Part shown: positions 24,866 through 38,315 of the stretch, one piece after another | Position numbering within the stretch: the stretch's first letter is position 1 | Layout: each line of letters opens with the position of its first letter | Assembly: GCF_001194135.2 (NCBI RefSeq) | Contig: NC_068981.1 | Span: forward strand, 102,241,123-102,305,122 | From: Octopus bimaculoides | Taxonomy: Eukaryota | Direction of reading: 5' to 3' | Length of the DNA: 64,000 bases | Notes under the pieces: generated by a model | Seen by the model: the letters and a program-made list of their open reading frames with translations, nothing else | Database searches by the model: none | What the model was told of the DNA's origin: nothing | Position numbers and translations under genes: made by a program

Positions 24866-26003
24866 TATCATCATCATTTAACGTCTGCTCTCCATGCTGG
24901 TATGGGTTGGACGATTTGACTTAGGACTGGTAAGCCAGAAGGCTGCACCAGGTTCTAATCTAATCTGGCATGGTTTCTACAGCTGGATGCCCTTCTTAAT
25001 GCCAACCACTCTGAGAGTGTAGTGGGTGACTTTTACGTTCCACCAGCATGAGGGCCAGTCAGGTTGCACTGGCAACAACCACATTTGAATGGTACTTTTT
25101 ACATACCAATGACATGGGACCAGTCAGGTGGCACTGGCATCGACCTGTTCATATGGTGCATTTTACATACCACTGACATGGGAGCCAGTCAGGTAGGACT
25201 GGCATCAACCTTGCTTGAATGGTACTTTTTACGTGCCACCAGCACAGGTACCAACCAGGCAGTACTGGCCTCAGCACAGGTGTCAACCAGGCAGCACAAT
25301 AATGATTTCACTTGACTCAACAGGTCTTCTCAAGCATAGTTTATTGTGCAATGATTGAAGTATACTCTTACATGAGCCGGTTATGTGACATTGGCATAGG
25401 CCACGGTTATGGTCTCACTTGGCTTGCTGAGTCTTCTCAAGCACAGCATATCTCCAAAGGTCTCAGTCGCTTTTTATTGCCTCTGTGAGGCCCAATGTTC
25501 GAAGATCATACTTCACCACCTCATCCCAGGTCTTTCTGGGTCTACCTCTTCCACAAGTTCCCTTCACAGTTAGGGTGTGACTTCTTTACACAACTGTCCT
25601 CATCCATTCACAACACATGACCATACCAGTGCAGTCGTATCTCTTGCACACCACATCTGATGCTTCCTATGTCCAACTTAGCACTCAGGGTGCTTACACT
25701 CTGTTGTGTATGCACACTGATATTACACATCCAGCAGAGCATAATAGCTTCATTTCTTGCAAGCTTATGCATGTCCTCAGCAGTCACAGCTCATGTTTCA
25801 CTGCTGTGGAGCATGGCTGTTCACTTACATGTGTCATACAGTGTACCTTTCACTCTGAGCAAGAGACCCTTTGTTACCAGCAGAGGTAGGAGCTCTCTGA
25901 ACTTTGCCCAGGCTACTCTTGTTCTAGCAGCTATGCTCTCAAAGCGTCCACCCCCACTAGTGACTTGGTCGCCTAAGTAATGGAAGCTATCAGCTACTTT
26001 CAC
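24866..26003 (-). mobile_element. RTE-clade LINE 3' fragment (thumb, C-terminus, 3' UTR, tail)
   Basis: KVADSFHYLGDQVTSGGGRFESIAARTRVAWAKFRELLPLL and GRGRPRKTWDEVVK; (GAT)n tail; 5' end at a (TG)n tract. Confidence 0.9.
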
Positions 26004-26025
26004 ACACACATACACACACACACAT

Positions 26026-26125
<100 letters not shown>

Positions 26126-26413
26126 TTATATATGATTTTATCATATGCTCAAGCATGAGAAATAACCATAAACATTCAAGCTCAGTATATTATGTCACAT
26201 TAAACTCCAAAATTTCACATTTAAAATACATTTCCTTGTACAATATTGCATATCTTGTGAAATAGGCTATTATGAATGAGATGAACCAAACACATTTGAA
26301 AGAATCACGGAACACAGTTTTAGAGATATTTCAAAAATTCAGTTTCTACAATTGTTTCAATAAGTATAATTTCAAAAAATCCTTGATAATGTAATTCTTA
26401 TATCTTGTAATTA

Positions 26414-27683
26414 TTGGGTTGGAAACTAAGTTCCCGCTGATTTTTTAAAATTTAAATTTTTAAAAAAGTTTAATAAAAAATAACAACTAATTAATCAATA
26501 ATGTATTCCCCCTTGTTGTTTACAACTTCTTCCCAACGGTCAACAAGATTTTCAATACCTCGTTGGTAGAAATCACCTGATTTCAACTCGAAAAATTGAT
26601 CCAATCAAGCTCTCAATTCTGCATCAATATTGAATGAAACTCCATGCATAGCATTTGAAAGAGATTGAAAGAGGTGGAAATCCGTTGGTGCCAAATCAGA
26701 AGAGTATGGTGGGTGTTGCAGCACTTCCTTGGTGATATTGGTGATATGAGGGTGGGAGTTGTCGTGCAGCAGAAGAACTCCATACTACCAATTAGGTCTT
26801 TTCTCTTGAATAGCCATGTTGAGTCGTTCCATCTGTTGAACATAGAGTTCCGCATTGACTGTTTGGTTCCGTTCAAGCAATTCATAATGGATAATCCCTT
26901 CCCAGTCCCACCATACGCACAACATTGTTTTACACAGATGAAGATCTTGTTTCACATGCAGTGTCGCTTGTTTACCGGAGCTAAGCCATTCCTTACGTTG
27001 CTTCATATTGATGTACAGGCACCATGTTTTGTCGCCAGTAATGATTCGGTAAAGAAATCATTGCTTGTGTTCATGATTTGACTGGTGATGAGCAAGCAAA
27101 CCAGTGGAAATTGTGGCTCGTTGATTTTTGTTGTTGTCACTTAAAGCATGCAGAACCCATGCTCCATACTTCTGAACCTTTCCCATCAAGTGAAGATGCT
27201 TCTCTATAGCAGTGTGGAAGCATTCCATTTTCTTTGTCAGTTCCCTTGTTGTTTGACAAGAATTTTCATGCAAAGTTTGGTTTAATCGCCCTTCATTGAG
27301 CTCAACTGGATGGTCAGAACAAGGTACGTTTTTGAGGTCATAATTTCCATTTTCGAACTTGGCATACCAATCACGAGCCATTCTTTCAGCTATGGCACCC
27401 TCTCCATACACAGTACAAATGTCACGAGCAGCTTTTGTGACCTTAGAACCTTGATTAAAAGCAAAAAGGAGGTGTCAAAAATGCTCATTTTTCTTAACTT
27501 GACATTTCCACTTTAATGATCTGAAAATAAACAAAAATTAACTAAAATTAACTAGAAAAAAAAAAAAAATAGATTCCAAAATGATTCAAAAATAGAATTC
27601 TTGAAAAAAATAGATTCCAAAATTTAAAAATGAAATAAATTCCAAAATTTAAAAAAACCACGGGAACTTAGTTGCCAACCCAA
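26414..27683 (-). mobile_element. Mariner (DD34D-type) transposon, full length, decayed
   Basis: TA TSD; TIR TTGGGTTGG(C/A)AACTAAGTTCCCG. Motifs GEGAIAERMARDWYAKF, GAWVLHAL, MLCVWWDWEGIIHYELL and HDNSHPH...HPPYSSDLAPTDFH. Confidence 0.92.
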
Positions 27684-27695
27684 TATATAAATATG

Positions 27696-28491
27696 CCGTA
27701 AATCCTCGAGTATAGTCTGCCCTTGAGTATAACACACAGGGGATTTTTAGGGGGCTGTACCTCTGAAAAACCTAAACCTTGTGTATAATACGCACCCTTT
27801 CTCTTACTTGAGTCAAGGAGGTCTATATAACGTCTTTGGTTTGTAAACATATATCCGGTAACGTCCTTTATTATTATTGTATATATAACATAATGCAAAC
27901 GTGTAGCTTTTTTGTGCACTTTGCAGAAAATAAAGAAATAGCAGTAATAACGTCAGTGAAAAATAAATATTAAGTAAATTGCCTTTCACATATTTATCAC
28001 TATCAGTTATAAAAGCAAAAGCAAAAACATTTATTCAAATCCTTCAAATTCAACGTCACTTTCAGCATCAAATAACTGTTCCATTTGTTCCTTCGTAAAC
28101 ATGTCAGCATCATTGTAGTGTAAATCTCTGTTATCGTCAGATTCATAGTCAACATCAGAAGATTCACATTCATTTATTTCATCTTTCCATACAACGTCAT
28201 CCTGAGTACCATCCAGTGCAGACGATAGACAACACTTTTATTTTAATAAATGTTGCTTACTGCAAGTTATGGATGATTCTTTTCTGACTTCATAGCTTTC
28301 AGGCTTAGCTTAAGGTATTTTCGTGCCCGACATCACAAAATGCGTCTGAATAAACATTGCCGGACAGCAAATAGAGACTCGGACATTGCTTAGAAAATAT
28401 TTTTCATTTTAACCTTGTATATAGTACACACTAGGGATTTTGACCTTTAAATTTTTGGAAAAAAATGCGGATTATACTCGAGGATTTATGG
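27696..28491 (-). mobile_element. pogo/Tc2-group non-autonomous deletion derivative
   Basis: TIR CC(G/A)TAAATCCTCGAGTATA. The minus strand keeps the C-terminal KCCLSSALDGTQDDVVW motif and an acidic tail (~27990-28236); the DDE core is deleted. Confidence 0.75.
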
Positions 28492-28861
28492 TATTGCAAT
28501 TACATAATTACATAAATATGGCTATTATCATATGGTGCATAAAAATTATTGAAACAGCTGTAGTAATTGAATATTGCTGATATAGTCTTCTATTACCTTT
28601 TTCAATACACACACACATTCACACCTACATGGAATAGAATGAGTTAAGAAATAAACAAAATGAAATAATACAGAAGAGTCAACTCTAAAATAATGTAGAA
28701 GACAGAATTCAACAAAATGAACAGTATTTCAAATGCACCTGTAACAAGATGACACTGTACATGTAAATTAGGTGAATTAACATTGAATTATGCAGCTGTA
28801 CTTTTGTCAATCTGGATATGTGTGAGTGTATATATATCATATATGCATACTTATGTATGTA

Positions 28862-29675
28862 TGTCATTATTCAGTTTATTTCAAGATTTCTTGCCAATAA
28901 AGAACCGGTTTCTAACCTAGATTCAAAGTTCTTTCATTGGACTTTTAATATCAACAACAGGGTATTTTTGTATGTATGCATATATGTGTGTATGCATATA
29001 TGTATGTATGTATGTACGTATGTATGTATGTATGTATGTATGTATTCACAAGCATATAGTTGCATATCTAGACATGCTCATATATATTTAAATGATAAAC
29101 TTCTGGAGGTTTTACAGATTTTTACAGTTCCAGTGATAGACTGGATCTGTAGTCTTTGAATTAGATTTCTCTTTTCTGGTTTTGAGAAGCCTAACTTCTC
29201 AAGATTGGTATGTAGGCAGTGTCTTACATATCCCAGGGTCCCAATAATTACAGGTATAAACCTGAACTTGTAATCTGGATAACTTGTAACTGCAGTTTTC
29301 TCAATAGTTCAGCATAGTTGTTCTCTTTTTCACTGATCTTCAGCTTTATGTTAACATCCACTGGGCAGCTAATTTCTACAACTGTACAGTTTCTCTACTC
29401 TATCCCAAATCATTATATCAAGTCTGTTGTGTTTACATTTTATTGAGGTCTTCACAGGTACATTCCACCAGTATTCCTTTTTATTTTGAGTGGCTATGGC
29501 TTCTACCATATTGTGGGTTTTTATTTCTTTGTCCTCGGGATTATCCTTCTGCCAGATTCCATTATAAAGTGTCCAAGGTACGTCATGTCTCATTGGTAGA
29601 TAACACTGTGATGACGTTTTCAGACAACTGCTTATGATGTAGGTGATATCTTCAGTGTGAACTCCGCAAAGTCTG
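28862..29675 (-). mobile_element. R4/Dong-type non-LTR retrotransposon 3' fragment (CCHC knuckle, restriction-like endonuclease, 3' UTR)
   Basis: Minus strand reads CRLCGVHTEDITYIISSC...MRHDV, WWNVPVKT..KCKHNRLDIMIWD, CTVVEISCPVDVN...EKENNY and FIPVIIGTLG. Confidence 0.8.
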
Positions 29676-32600
29676 CATCATCATCATCATTATCATCATC
29701 ATCATCATTTAACGTCCGCTTTCCATGCTAGCATGGGTTGGACGATTTGACTGAGGACTGGTGAACCAGATGGCTACACCAGGCTCCAATCTGATTTGGC
29801 AGAGTTTCTACAGCTAGATGCCCTTCCTAACGCCAACCACTCTGAGAGTGTAGTGGGTGCTTTTACATGCCACCGGCACGATGGCCAGTCAGACGGCACT
29901 GGGCAACGGCCACGCTCAAAATGGTGTATCTTACGTGCCACCTGCACAGGAGCCAGTCCAGCGACACTGGCAATGATCTCACTCAAATATCTTTACNNNN
30001 NNNNNNNNNNNNNNNNNNNNNNNNNNNNNNNNNNNNNNNNNNNNNNNNNNNNNNNNNNNNNNNNNNNNNNNNNNNNNNNNNNNNNNNNNNNNNNNNNNNN
30101 NNNNNNNNNNNNNNNNNNNNNNNNNNNNNNNNNNNNNNNNNNNNNNNNNNNNNNNNNNNNNNNNNNNNNNNNNNNNNNNNNNNNNNNNNNNNNNNNNNNN
30201 NNNNNNNNNNNNNNNNNNNNNNNNNNNNNNNNNNNNNNNNNNNNNNNNNNNNNNNNNNNNNNNNNNNNNNNNNNNNNNNNNNNNNNNNCATACCAGCGCA
30301 ATCGTCTCTCTTGCACACCACAACTGATGCTTCTTAGGTCTAACTTTTCTTTCAAGGTACTTACACTCTGTCGAGTATGCACATTGACATTACACATCCA
30401 TCGGAGCATACTGGCTTCATTCCTTACGAGCTTACACATGCGTCAGCAGTCATGGCCCATGTTTCACTGCCATGAAGCATGGCTGTTCATACACATGCGT
30501 CATACAGTCTGCCTTTTACTCTGAGTGAGAGGCCCCTTGTCACCAGCAGAGGTAAGAGCTCTCTGAACTTTGCCCAGGCTATTCTTATTCTAGCAGGTAC
30601 ACTTTCAGTGCACCCTCCCCCTCTATTAACTTGGTCACCTAGGTAGTGGTAGCTATCAACTAAGTCTAGTCTGGAATGTGGCCAAAGTTCTTTTCTGCAC
30701 ATTTTCAGTGTTTATTGCTCCTGAACATCTACCGCATACAAAAACTAACTTCCTAGTTAACCTTCCTTTGATATTGCTGCACCTCTTATGTGTCCATATC
30801 TTGCACTGGGTACATCTTATAGAGCTTCTACCTATGCCTTTTCTACAGATCGAGCAGGGCCATCTACCTGAAGGGGTTTGTGTTTTGTCTACCTTCCTAC
30901 TTATTAAGACTTTGGTTTTAGCTAGATTGACTCTAAGTCCCTTCGATTCTAGTCCTTGCTTCTACACCTGAAACTTCTCCTTTAGCTCTGATAGTGACTC
31001 AGCAATTAGTGCAAGGTCATCAGCATAGAGGAGCTCCCAGGGGCATCCTGTCTTGAATTCCTCTGTTATTGCCTGGAGGACTATGGTAAATAGAAGGGGG
31101 ATGAGGACTGAACCTTGGTGGACTTCTACCTCTACCCGGAATTCTTCACTGTACCCGTTGCCAAACCTCACCTTACTGACAGCGTCTCTGTACATGGCTC
31201 GCACAGCTCTCACTAACCATTCTTCTATCCCAAGTTTCCTCATTGACCACCAGATAAGGGATCGGGGGACCCTGTCAAAGGCTTTCTCCATGTCAACGAA
31301 AGCCAGGTACAGAAGTTTATCTTTGGCTAGGTATTTCTCCTGCAGCTGTCTCACTAGAAATATAGCATCAGTGGTGCTTTTCCCTGGAACAAACCCAAAC
31401 TGCATCTCATCTAAACTGACTCTCTCCCTAATTAGTTGGGCTATGACCCTCTCCGTGACTTTCATACCTGATCTAACAACTTGATACCTCCGTAATTATT
31501 TGTATCTAAAGCATCACCTTTACCTTTGTAGCCGTTGACAATGGTGCTGCTTCACCAGTCATTGGTATGACTCCTTCATGTAACACCTGGTTAACAATAC
31601 GGGTGACTAGGCTATAGCTGACACTGCCAGATATTTTGAGCATCTCTGCAGTGATTCCTGATGGGCCGGGAACTTTCACTGTCTTCATACTCTTAATTTC
31701 TTTATCTACCATGGTACTGTCAACTCGGATAGCTGGTCCCTCTGTTCGGTTGATATTTGGCAGATTCTCTTCCTCCCATTCATTCTCTTTATTGAGCAAC
31801 CTTTCATAGTGGTATCTCCAAACCTCTTTCTTTGCAGCCTCATTTAGTCCAAGCGTACCATCATCCATGCAAACACATTTCTCTCCCATGACACCACGAT
31901 TCTCTCTCACACACTGTCTTGCAACACGAAATACCTCAAGTCTTTGGTTCTCACGGCGCAGAACATTAACAAACTTTTTCTCATCTGCTTCCCCTCTGGC
32001 TAAATAAACCTGTCGCTTAGCTTCCCTTCTGGCAGTCTGATACAATTCCCTGCTGCCACCGTTCTTCCAGTCCTTACAAGCCTGTTTCTTTTGTCTAATA
32101 ACCTGTTTCTTTTGTCTAATAACCCTGTGAACAACATTGTTCCACCACCACCACCACATTATTTTGGGTCGAGAGGGGATTTTGCACCATCCACAGATCT
32201 GGTCAGTGGCCCTCAGCAGGTTGTTCCATAGAAACGTCCAGTTGACTTCTACATCATGTAAAGCTACATCCCCTTCTATTTCGTCAAAGGCTTTGAGTAA
32301 TAAGTCTCTAAATCTCTGTTCATTTGCAGGATCTTTGAGCTTCAAGACCCTTCTCTTCCAAGCTGGTCGTCTTCTGGGCAACCACTTAGCCCTGATCCTG
32401 AAGTCACTAACTACTAGTCTATGTTGTGGGGTACATTTTTCGCCTGGGAAGGCTTTGGCATTCATAAGCAGCCATCTTTCCCTTTTTCTGGCGAGGATGT
32501 AGTCAATTTGGCTTGTGTGTCTGCCAGAACGGTAGGTGACTAGGTGACTGGCAGGTTTCCTGAAGTTAGTATTGCAAACCATAAAGTCATTTGCATCACA

Positions 32601-32784
32601 GAACTCCAGCAGCCTGGTTCCCTCCTCATTGCAGGAACCAAAACCATAGCCTCCATGTATGCCATTGAAGCCCTCTGAATATTGTCCAACATGACCATTG
32701 AAGTCACCAGCCACAAAGAGAAGGTCCCTGTCATTTGTCAATGAGGTAGTCTGCAAGAAGGCGTCATAAAATCGGTCTTTCTGT

Positions 32785-32786
<2 letters not shown>
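29676..32786 (-). mobile_element. RTE-clade LINE, longest copy (APE endonuclease C-half, RT, PHD-type finger, thumb, 3' UTR); 5'-truncated and frameshifted
   Basis: APE motifs GDFNGHVG, SQIDYIL and QHRLVV. RT motifs QFGFVPGKSTTDAIF, FVDMEKAFDRVP, HQGSVL and LYADDL. (GAT)n tail at 29676-29708. Confidence 0.95.
30725..30856 (-). other. Cys4-His-Cys3 (PHD-type) finger coding segment inside the RTE RT
   Basis: CSICRKGIGRSSIRCTQCKIWTHKRCSNIKGRLTRKLVFVCGRC = C-x2-C-x10-C-x2-C-x4-H-x2-C-x14-C-x2-C; a homologue lies at 227-358. Confidence 0.8.
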
Positions 32787-32821
<35 letters not shown>

Positions 32822-34892
32822 TATAAACACAAATATAACTAGACCTGAATTATTTGGATGAGAAAGAAAGGAACTATTTAGTTCAGATGACTGGTTTGAT
32901 CATAAAGCAAGGAAGCTATAATGAGCATAATTCCATTAAAAACATTCTTTGTTATCAGATATTTTATATAATTCAGTTAGTAAAACACTGGATATTAGTT
33001 TAGATATCTTAACATGTACAGATATTTTCCAATTGAAAATCATGTGATACGTTGAAATATGGAGGTGTAGATTCAAGGAAATATTGCATTACAAAACATA
33101 CATTTACACGTGTGGACTTAGAAATATATTACAGTGTCATAACCACCAGTACTACCAAAACAGAAGCCATCCTTTGATGAAGGATTGATGCAACCCTCAG
33201 TTGAGATTAAACTAGTGAAGTGATTCTGAAACTGACAAATACTGATTCCCCTCCCCTAATATCAGTGGAATTTTTTGACACCCATTTCCCTCTTTATTAA
33301 TGATTTTGCCTCCATGTAATTTTTCATCCTTTACTAAAGGTGTTTGACAAGCTTAGAAAAATTGGAAGCTATATTAATTTTATTAAATACAAGTCCCAGA
33401 ATTAACTATCTACTTCACTGAAATCAGACAATTTAAAAAAAAAACTCACTTTTATTTATGTTCATCATGTTTACTATGCATTAAAAGTGTATAAAATTTT
33501 AATTTTGTTTATAATCCTCATATCAGTATTTCTGATATATTTTTTATATAATGGTTTCAATGATTTTCAATAATTCCAATCCCCTTTTAATCAATGTAAA
33601 TAAAAGAAGAAACAGAAGCAGCAGAGTTCAGGTTATGTGCAATATGGTTTGTTAACTTTTCCTGGGTATCTTGAGTTCTTGTTCTCATAATCCAAAACTT
33701 AAATATTTGATGCTTGGACAACTAAGATTTGACTCTGTGTGTATGAATGCATTTCTCTTTCTGTGTAAGCGTGAAAGAGAAAACCTGCTACAAAATATTG
33801 TTAGTACACAGTGTGACATAATTTATTATTATCCTCATCATCTTAAAGATGTTCGGTATTTGATGTGTGAGGAGGAAAAAGTAAGACGACGTGATATATT
33901 TGGAAGGTAGCAAACTACATTGGCTAAATGATTTTAGCATCAAGCAAAACAGCTTGTGATGTTTAATTATAGTCATTCACATTCTGAATTAAATACCTGC
34001 TAAGGTGTGATTTGTCTTTTAATTTACCAGGATTGATAAAATAAAATACCAGTGAAGTAATGGGTCCATTTGTGATCTGCTACCAACATTAGACAGCAGT
34101 ATTTGCAAACTTAAACTTGCACTTGTGGAACCGAGTTTAGAACTCAGCAAGGATTAGTTACTGCATCCAGGTATTGACTTATATTCTGTAAGGAACAGAA
34201 TTCTTATAGGAAAGACCCAGGTGAAATACGAGTATGTAATTTTATATAAAATCTGCCCAAATGATTAAAACAAAGCAGTTTTGATGATCTTAGTGGTATG
34301 ACAATAAGTAAAAAGAAATCAATTCAAATAAAGAATATATTCTACAGCAAGCATTGGGCAGACTCGTTCCCTTTTACTGAGGAATTATGGCTTGGCTCTC
34401 CATCTGTTATGATGACAAGTGTTTTAAGTTGATCCAATGAATGGAACAGCCTGCTCATGAAATTAAAATGCAATTGGCTGAGCATGTATACACCTTTAAC
34501 ATCAAGGAGATTTAACTTGACACAGAATGAGACAATGCTGGCCCTTTGAAATACAGGCACCACTCATTTTTGATAGATGAACTGGAGCAATGGGAAAAAT
34601 AAAATGCCTTACTCAAGGATGCAACACACCCTTGGGAATCAAACTCATGACCTTACGATTATGAGCTGAATATCCTAACAATAAAGCCATCATATACCAC
34701 ATTTGCTCACAAGGCTTGGCCAACCAAACCTTGTGAGTGAATTTGGTACTGTATGTATATGCAAGTGTGACAGACTGGCATCCCATCCAGATGGGGAACC
34801 TATATGCCAATGAAACTGAGAAACTGGCCTTTATGAGCCAGGCATGGCTCAAGAAGGAACAAACAACAACAACAGCAACAACAATGTATATA

Positions 34893-35105
34893 CAAGGGGG
34901 TGTTGAAAAGTTTCTGGCTTTGGGTAAAAGAAAATACAGGAGGAGCAGTTAATAATTATTTTATTCAACATATTCCCCTCAGATTAACACACTTATCACA
35001 GTGGTCCTTCAGTTTTTCTAAGCCCTGTAAAAGAACTCAGAAGGTTGGGCTTCCAATCAGGCCTTTTGTGATACCCTTATAGCCAGAAACTTGTAAGTAC
35101 CCTCT
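34893..35105. mobile_element. Mariner-type MITE, same family as 15159-15347
   Basis: TA-CAAGGGGGTGTTGAAAAG start and a shared internal sequence. Confidence 0.75.
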
Positions 35106-35193
35106 TACATACACCCCCACACACACATACACACACACACACACATATCTATACGTTATATTTTTGTATGTATATATATCCATCTACTTAACA

Positions 35194-35243
<50 letters not shown>

Positions 35244-35750
35244 ATATACACACATATATACATAAATACACACATACAAGCAGATATATTCGCAAACACA
35301 TATACCATGCATATATACACAGATATTCATACATATATATTCAGATCCATACAACCACAGGCACACAATAGGATAATCAACTTCATTAATATTGTTATAC
35401 ATATATGTGTGTGTGTGTTGATATTTTAACTGTAATTTAATGCATCACATCAGCACACAAAAAACAAAATCTTAGCATTATATACTTAAAAGTACAAAGG
35501 CAAATGTGTGAAGAAATATGAAATATTCATAATTTAATAATAACTGAAAAGAGATCAGTTTATATCGTCTAGCACAGCATTTAATCACAAAGAATTGATG
35601 CCCATAATGCAATACCTATAAATAATTGGCACACAGTTTTATTGACACATCTTTTGAATTCATTTAATGAATGAATAGAATATCTAACTGCCATTTCAAC
35701 ACAAACTGGAAACAGACATATAAGTTGTTACAAAATCCAACAGAAAACCC

Positions 35751-35785
<35 letters not shown>

Positions 35786-36180
35786 ATATATGTGAATTGG
35801 GTGGGTGGTGGTAAAATTTCAAGGTATTTCAAATAAATATGCAATGTGCTAACCATATTGTTGAAATAGATGATTCCATGTGCTTTAAAAATTTGAAACC
35901 ACACACACATATACACACACACACAGAAGCTACATATTCTGGCTATCAGTTGTGTGTGTGTGCATGTGTTTTATTTTGAATGAGAAACTCATACATACAT
36001 GTTGAAATTCCTGGTGAAGCATATTATTCACTGAGTAATTATGTATTAAAGCAAAAACTGGAATTTATGGAACTACATTAATACTGTAGTTACTCATGTT
36101 TCATTACAATGTTATTTTCAGACTATGTCTCAAGATTTATACATTGGAAAAGATCTAAATGTATGTATATACTTTATGAA

Positions 36181-36565
36181 TTTATTCTTTTACTTGTTTC
36201 ACTCATTAGATTGCAGCTATGCTGGGGAATCACCTTGAATAATTTTAACTGAATGATTCAACACCAGTATACATTTAAAAAAATTTTTTATTAAGCCTGG
36301 TACTTATTTGGTTGGTCTCTTTTGCTGAACCACTAAGTTATGTGGATGTAAACATAGCAACACCAGTTGTCAAGCAGTGGTGGGAAACAAACACACACAC
36401 ACACACACACACATGATGGGCTTCCTTCAGTTTCCGTCTACCAAATCCACTCACAAGGCTTTGGTTGGCCAGAGGCTGTAGTTGAAGACAGCTGCCCAAG
36501 GTGCCACACACAGGACCATGTAGCTAGGAAACAAGCTTCTTACCACACAGCCAATCCTGTTCCTA
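36181..36565 (-). mobile_element. SINE family A
   Basis: Reverse match to family A head, (CA)n centre and tail. Confidence 0.8.
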
Positions 36566-36589
36566 TCATTATATCTATATTATTATTGA

Positions 36590-36800
36590 TTTTAAATTTT
36601 GGCACAAGGCCACCAGTTTTTACAGGAAGGGGTAAGTTGATTACACCGACCCCAGTTCTTAGCTGGTACTTAATTTATTGACCCCGAAACGATAAAAGGC
36701 AAAGTCACCCTCAGTGGAATTTGAATTCAGAACATAAAGATGGCCGAAATGCCACTAAGTGTTTTGCCTGACATATTACTAATTCTGTCAGCTTGCTGCC
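36590..36800 (-). mobile_element. SINE family B
   Basis: Reverse match to 7484-7700. Confidence 0.75.
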
Positions 36801-38178
36801 TTTATATTACTATCTTTATATTAATATCTGTATTCATGAAATGCACTTCCCTTCTTATAATGAAATATATAAAACTACAGTTTTCATATAGTACCATAAA
36901 TTGCAGTCTGTTTTAATATATATCATCATACTCATCATCATTTAATATCCATTTTCCATGCTCACATGGGCTGGACGGTTTGGCTAGAGCTAGCCAGCTG
37001 GAGAGCTGCACCAGGTCCCAGTCATGATGAGTTCTGGCATCGTTTCAATGGCTGTCCAAAACAAATCATCATCATCATTATCACTTAAGGTCTATGTTCC
37101 ATGCTGGCATACAGTGGACAGCTTCACAGAATCCAGTGCACCTAAGGACTGCATTGTGTCCCAGTGTCTACTTTTAGAATGGTTTCTATGGCTGCATGCC
37201 CTTCCTGTGGCCAACACTTTACAGCATGGCCTGGGAACCCTATTTGCATCACCTGCACAGTTGAGATCATTATGCTGCTCACAGGCCTACAAAACCTAAG
37301 GGAACATGGGAAAGGGTTACCTTCATGGTAAAGGATGACAAGATTACCATATATATATATATACATATATATATATACATATANNNNNNNNNNNNNNNNN
37401 NNNNNNNNNNNNNNNNNNNNNNNNNNNNNNNNNNNNNNNNNNNNNNNNNNNNNNNNNNNNNNNNNNNNNNNNNNNNNNNNNNNNNNNNNNNNNNNNNNNN
37501 NNNNNNNNNNNNNNNNNNNNNNNNNNNNNNNNNNNNNNNNNNNNNNNNNNNNNNNNNNNNNNNNNNNNNNNNNNNNNNNNNNNNNNNNNNNNNNNNNNNN
37601 NNNNNNNNNNNNNNNNNNNNNNNNNNNNNNNNNNNNNNNNNNNNNNNNNNNNNNNNNNNNNNNNNNNNNNNNNNNNNNNNNNNNNNNNNNNNNNNNNNNN
37701 NNNNNNNNNNNNNNNNNNNNNNNNNNNNNNNNNNNNNNNNNNNNNNNNNNNNNNNNNNNNNNNNNNNNNNNNNNNNNNNNNNNNNNNNNNNNNNNNNNNN
37801 NNNNNNNNNNNNNNNNNNNNNNNNNNNNNNNNNNNNNNNNNNNNNNNNNNNNNNNNNNNNNNNNNNNNNNNNNNNNNNNNNNNNNNNNNNNNNNNNNNNN
37901 NNNNNNNNNNNNNNNNNNNNNNNNNNNNNNNNNNNNNNNNNNNNNNNNNNNNNNNNNNNNNNNNNNNNNNNNNNNNNNNNNNNNNNNNNNNNNNNNNNNN
38001 NNNNNNNNNNNNNNNNNNNNNNNNNNNNNNNNNNNNNNNNNNNNNNNNNNNNNNNNNNNNNNNNNNNNNNNNNNNNNNNNNNNNNNNNNNNNNNNNNNNN
38101 NNNNNNNNNNNNNNNNNNNNNNNNNNNNNNNNNNNNNNNNNNNNNNNNNNNNNNNNNNNNNNNNNNNNNNNNNNNNNN

Positions 38179-38213
<35 letters not shown>

Positions 38214-38265
38214 TACCTATATATATACATACCTATATATTTGTATGTATATATATGTATGTGCG

Positions 38266-38315
<50 letters not shown>

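Noticed and set aside
33671-34200. Possible host exons (ORF 33671-33910; AG/GT-bounded 34031-34170)
   Set aside because: No recognisable domain; the AG/GT-bounded segment has stops in all three frames.
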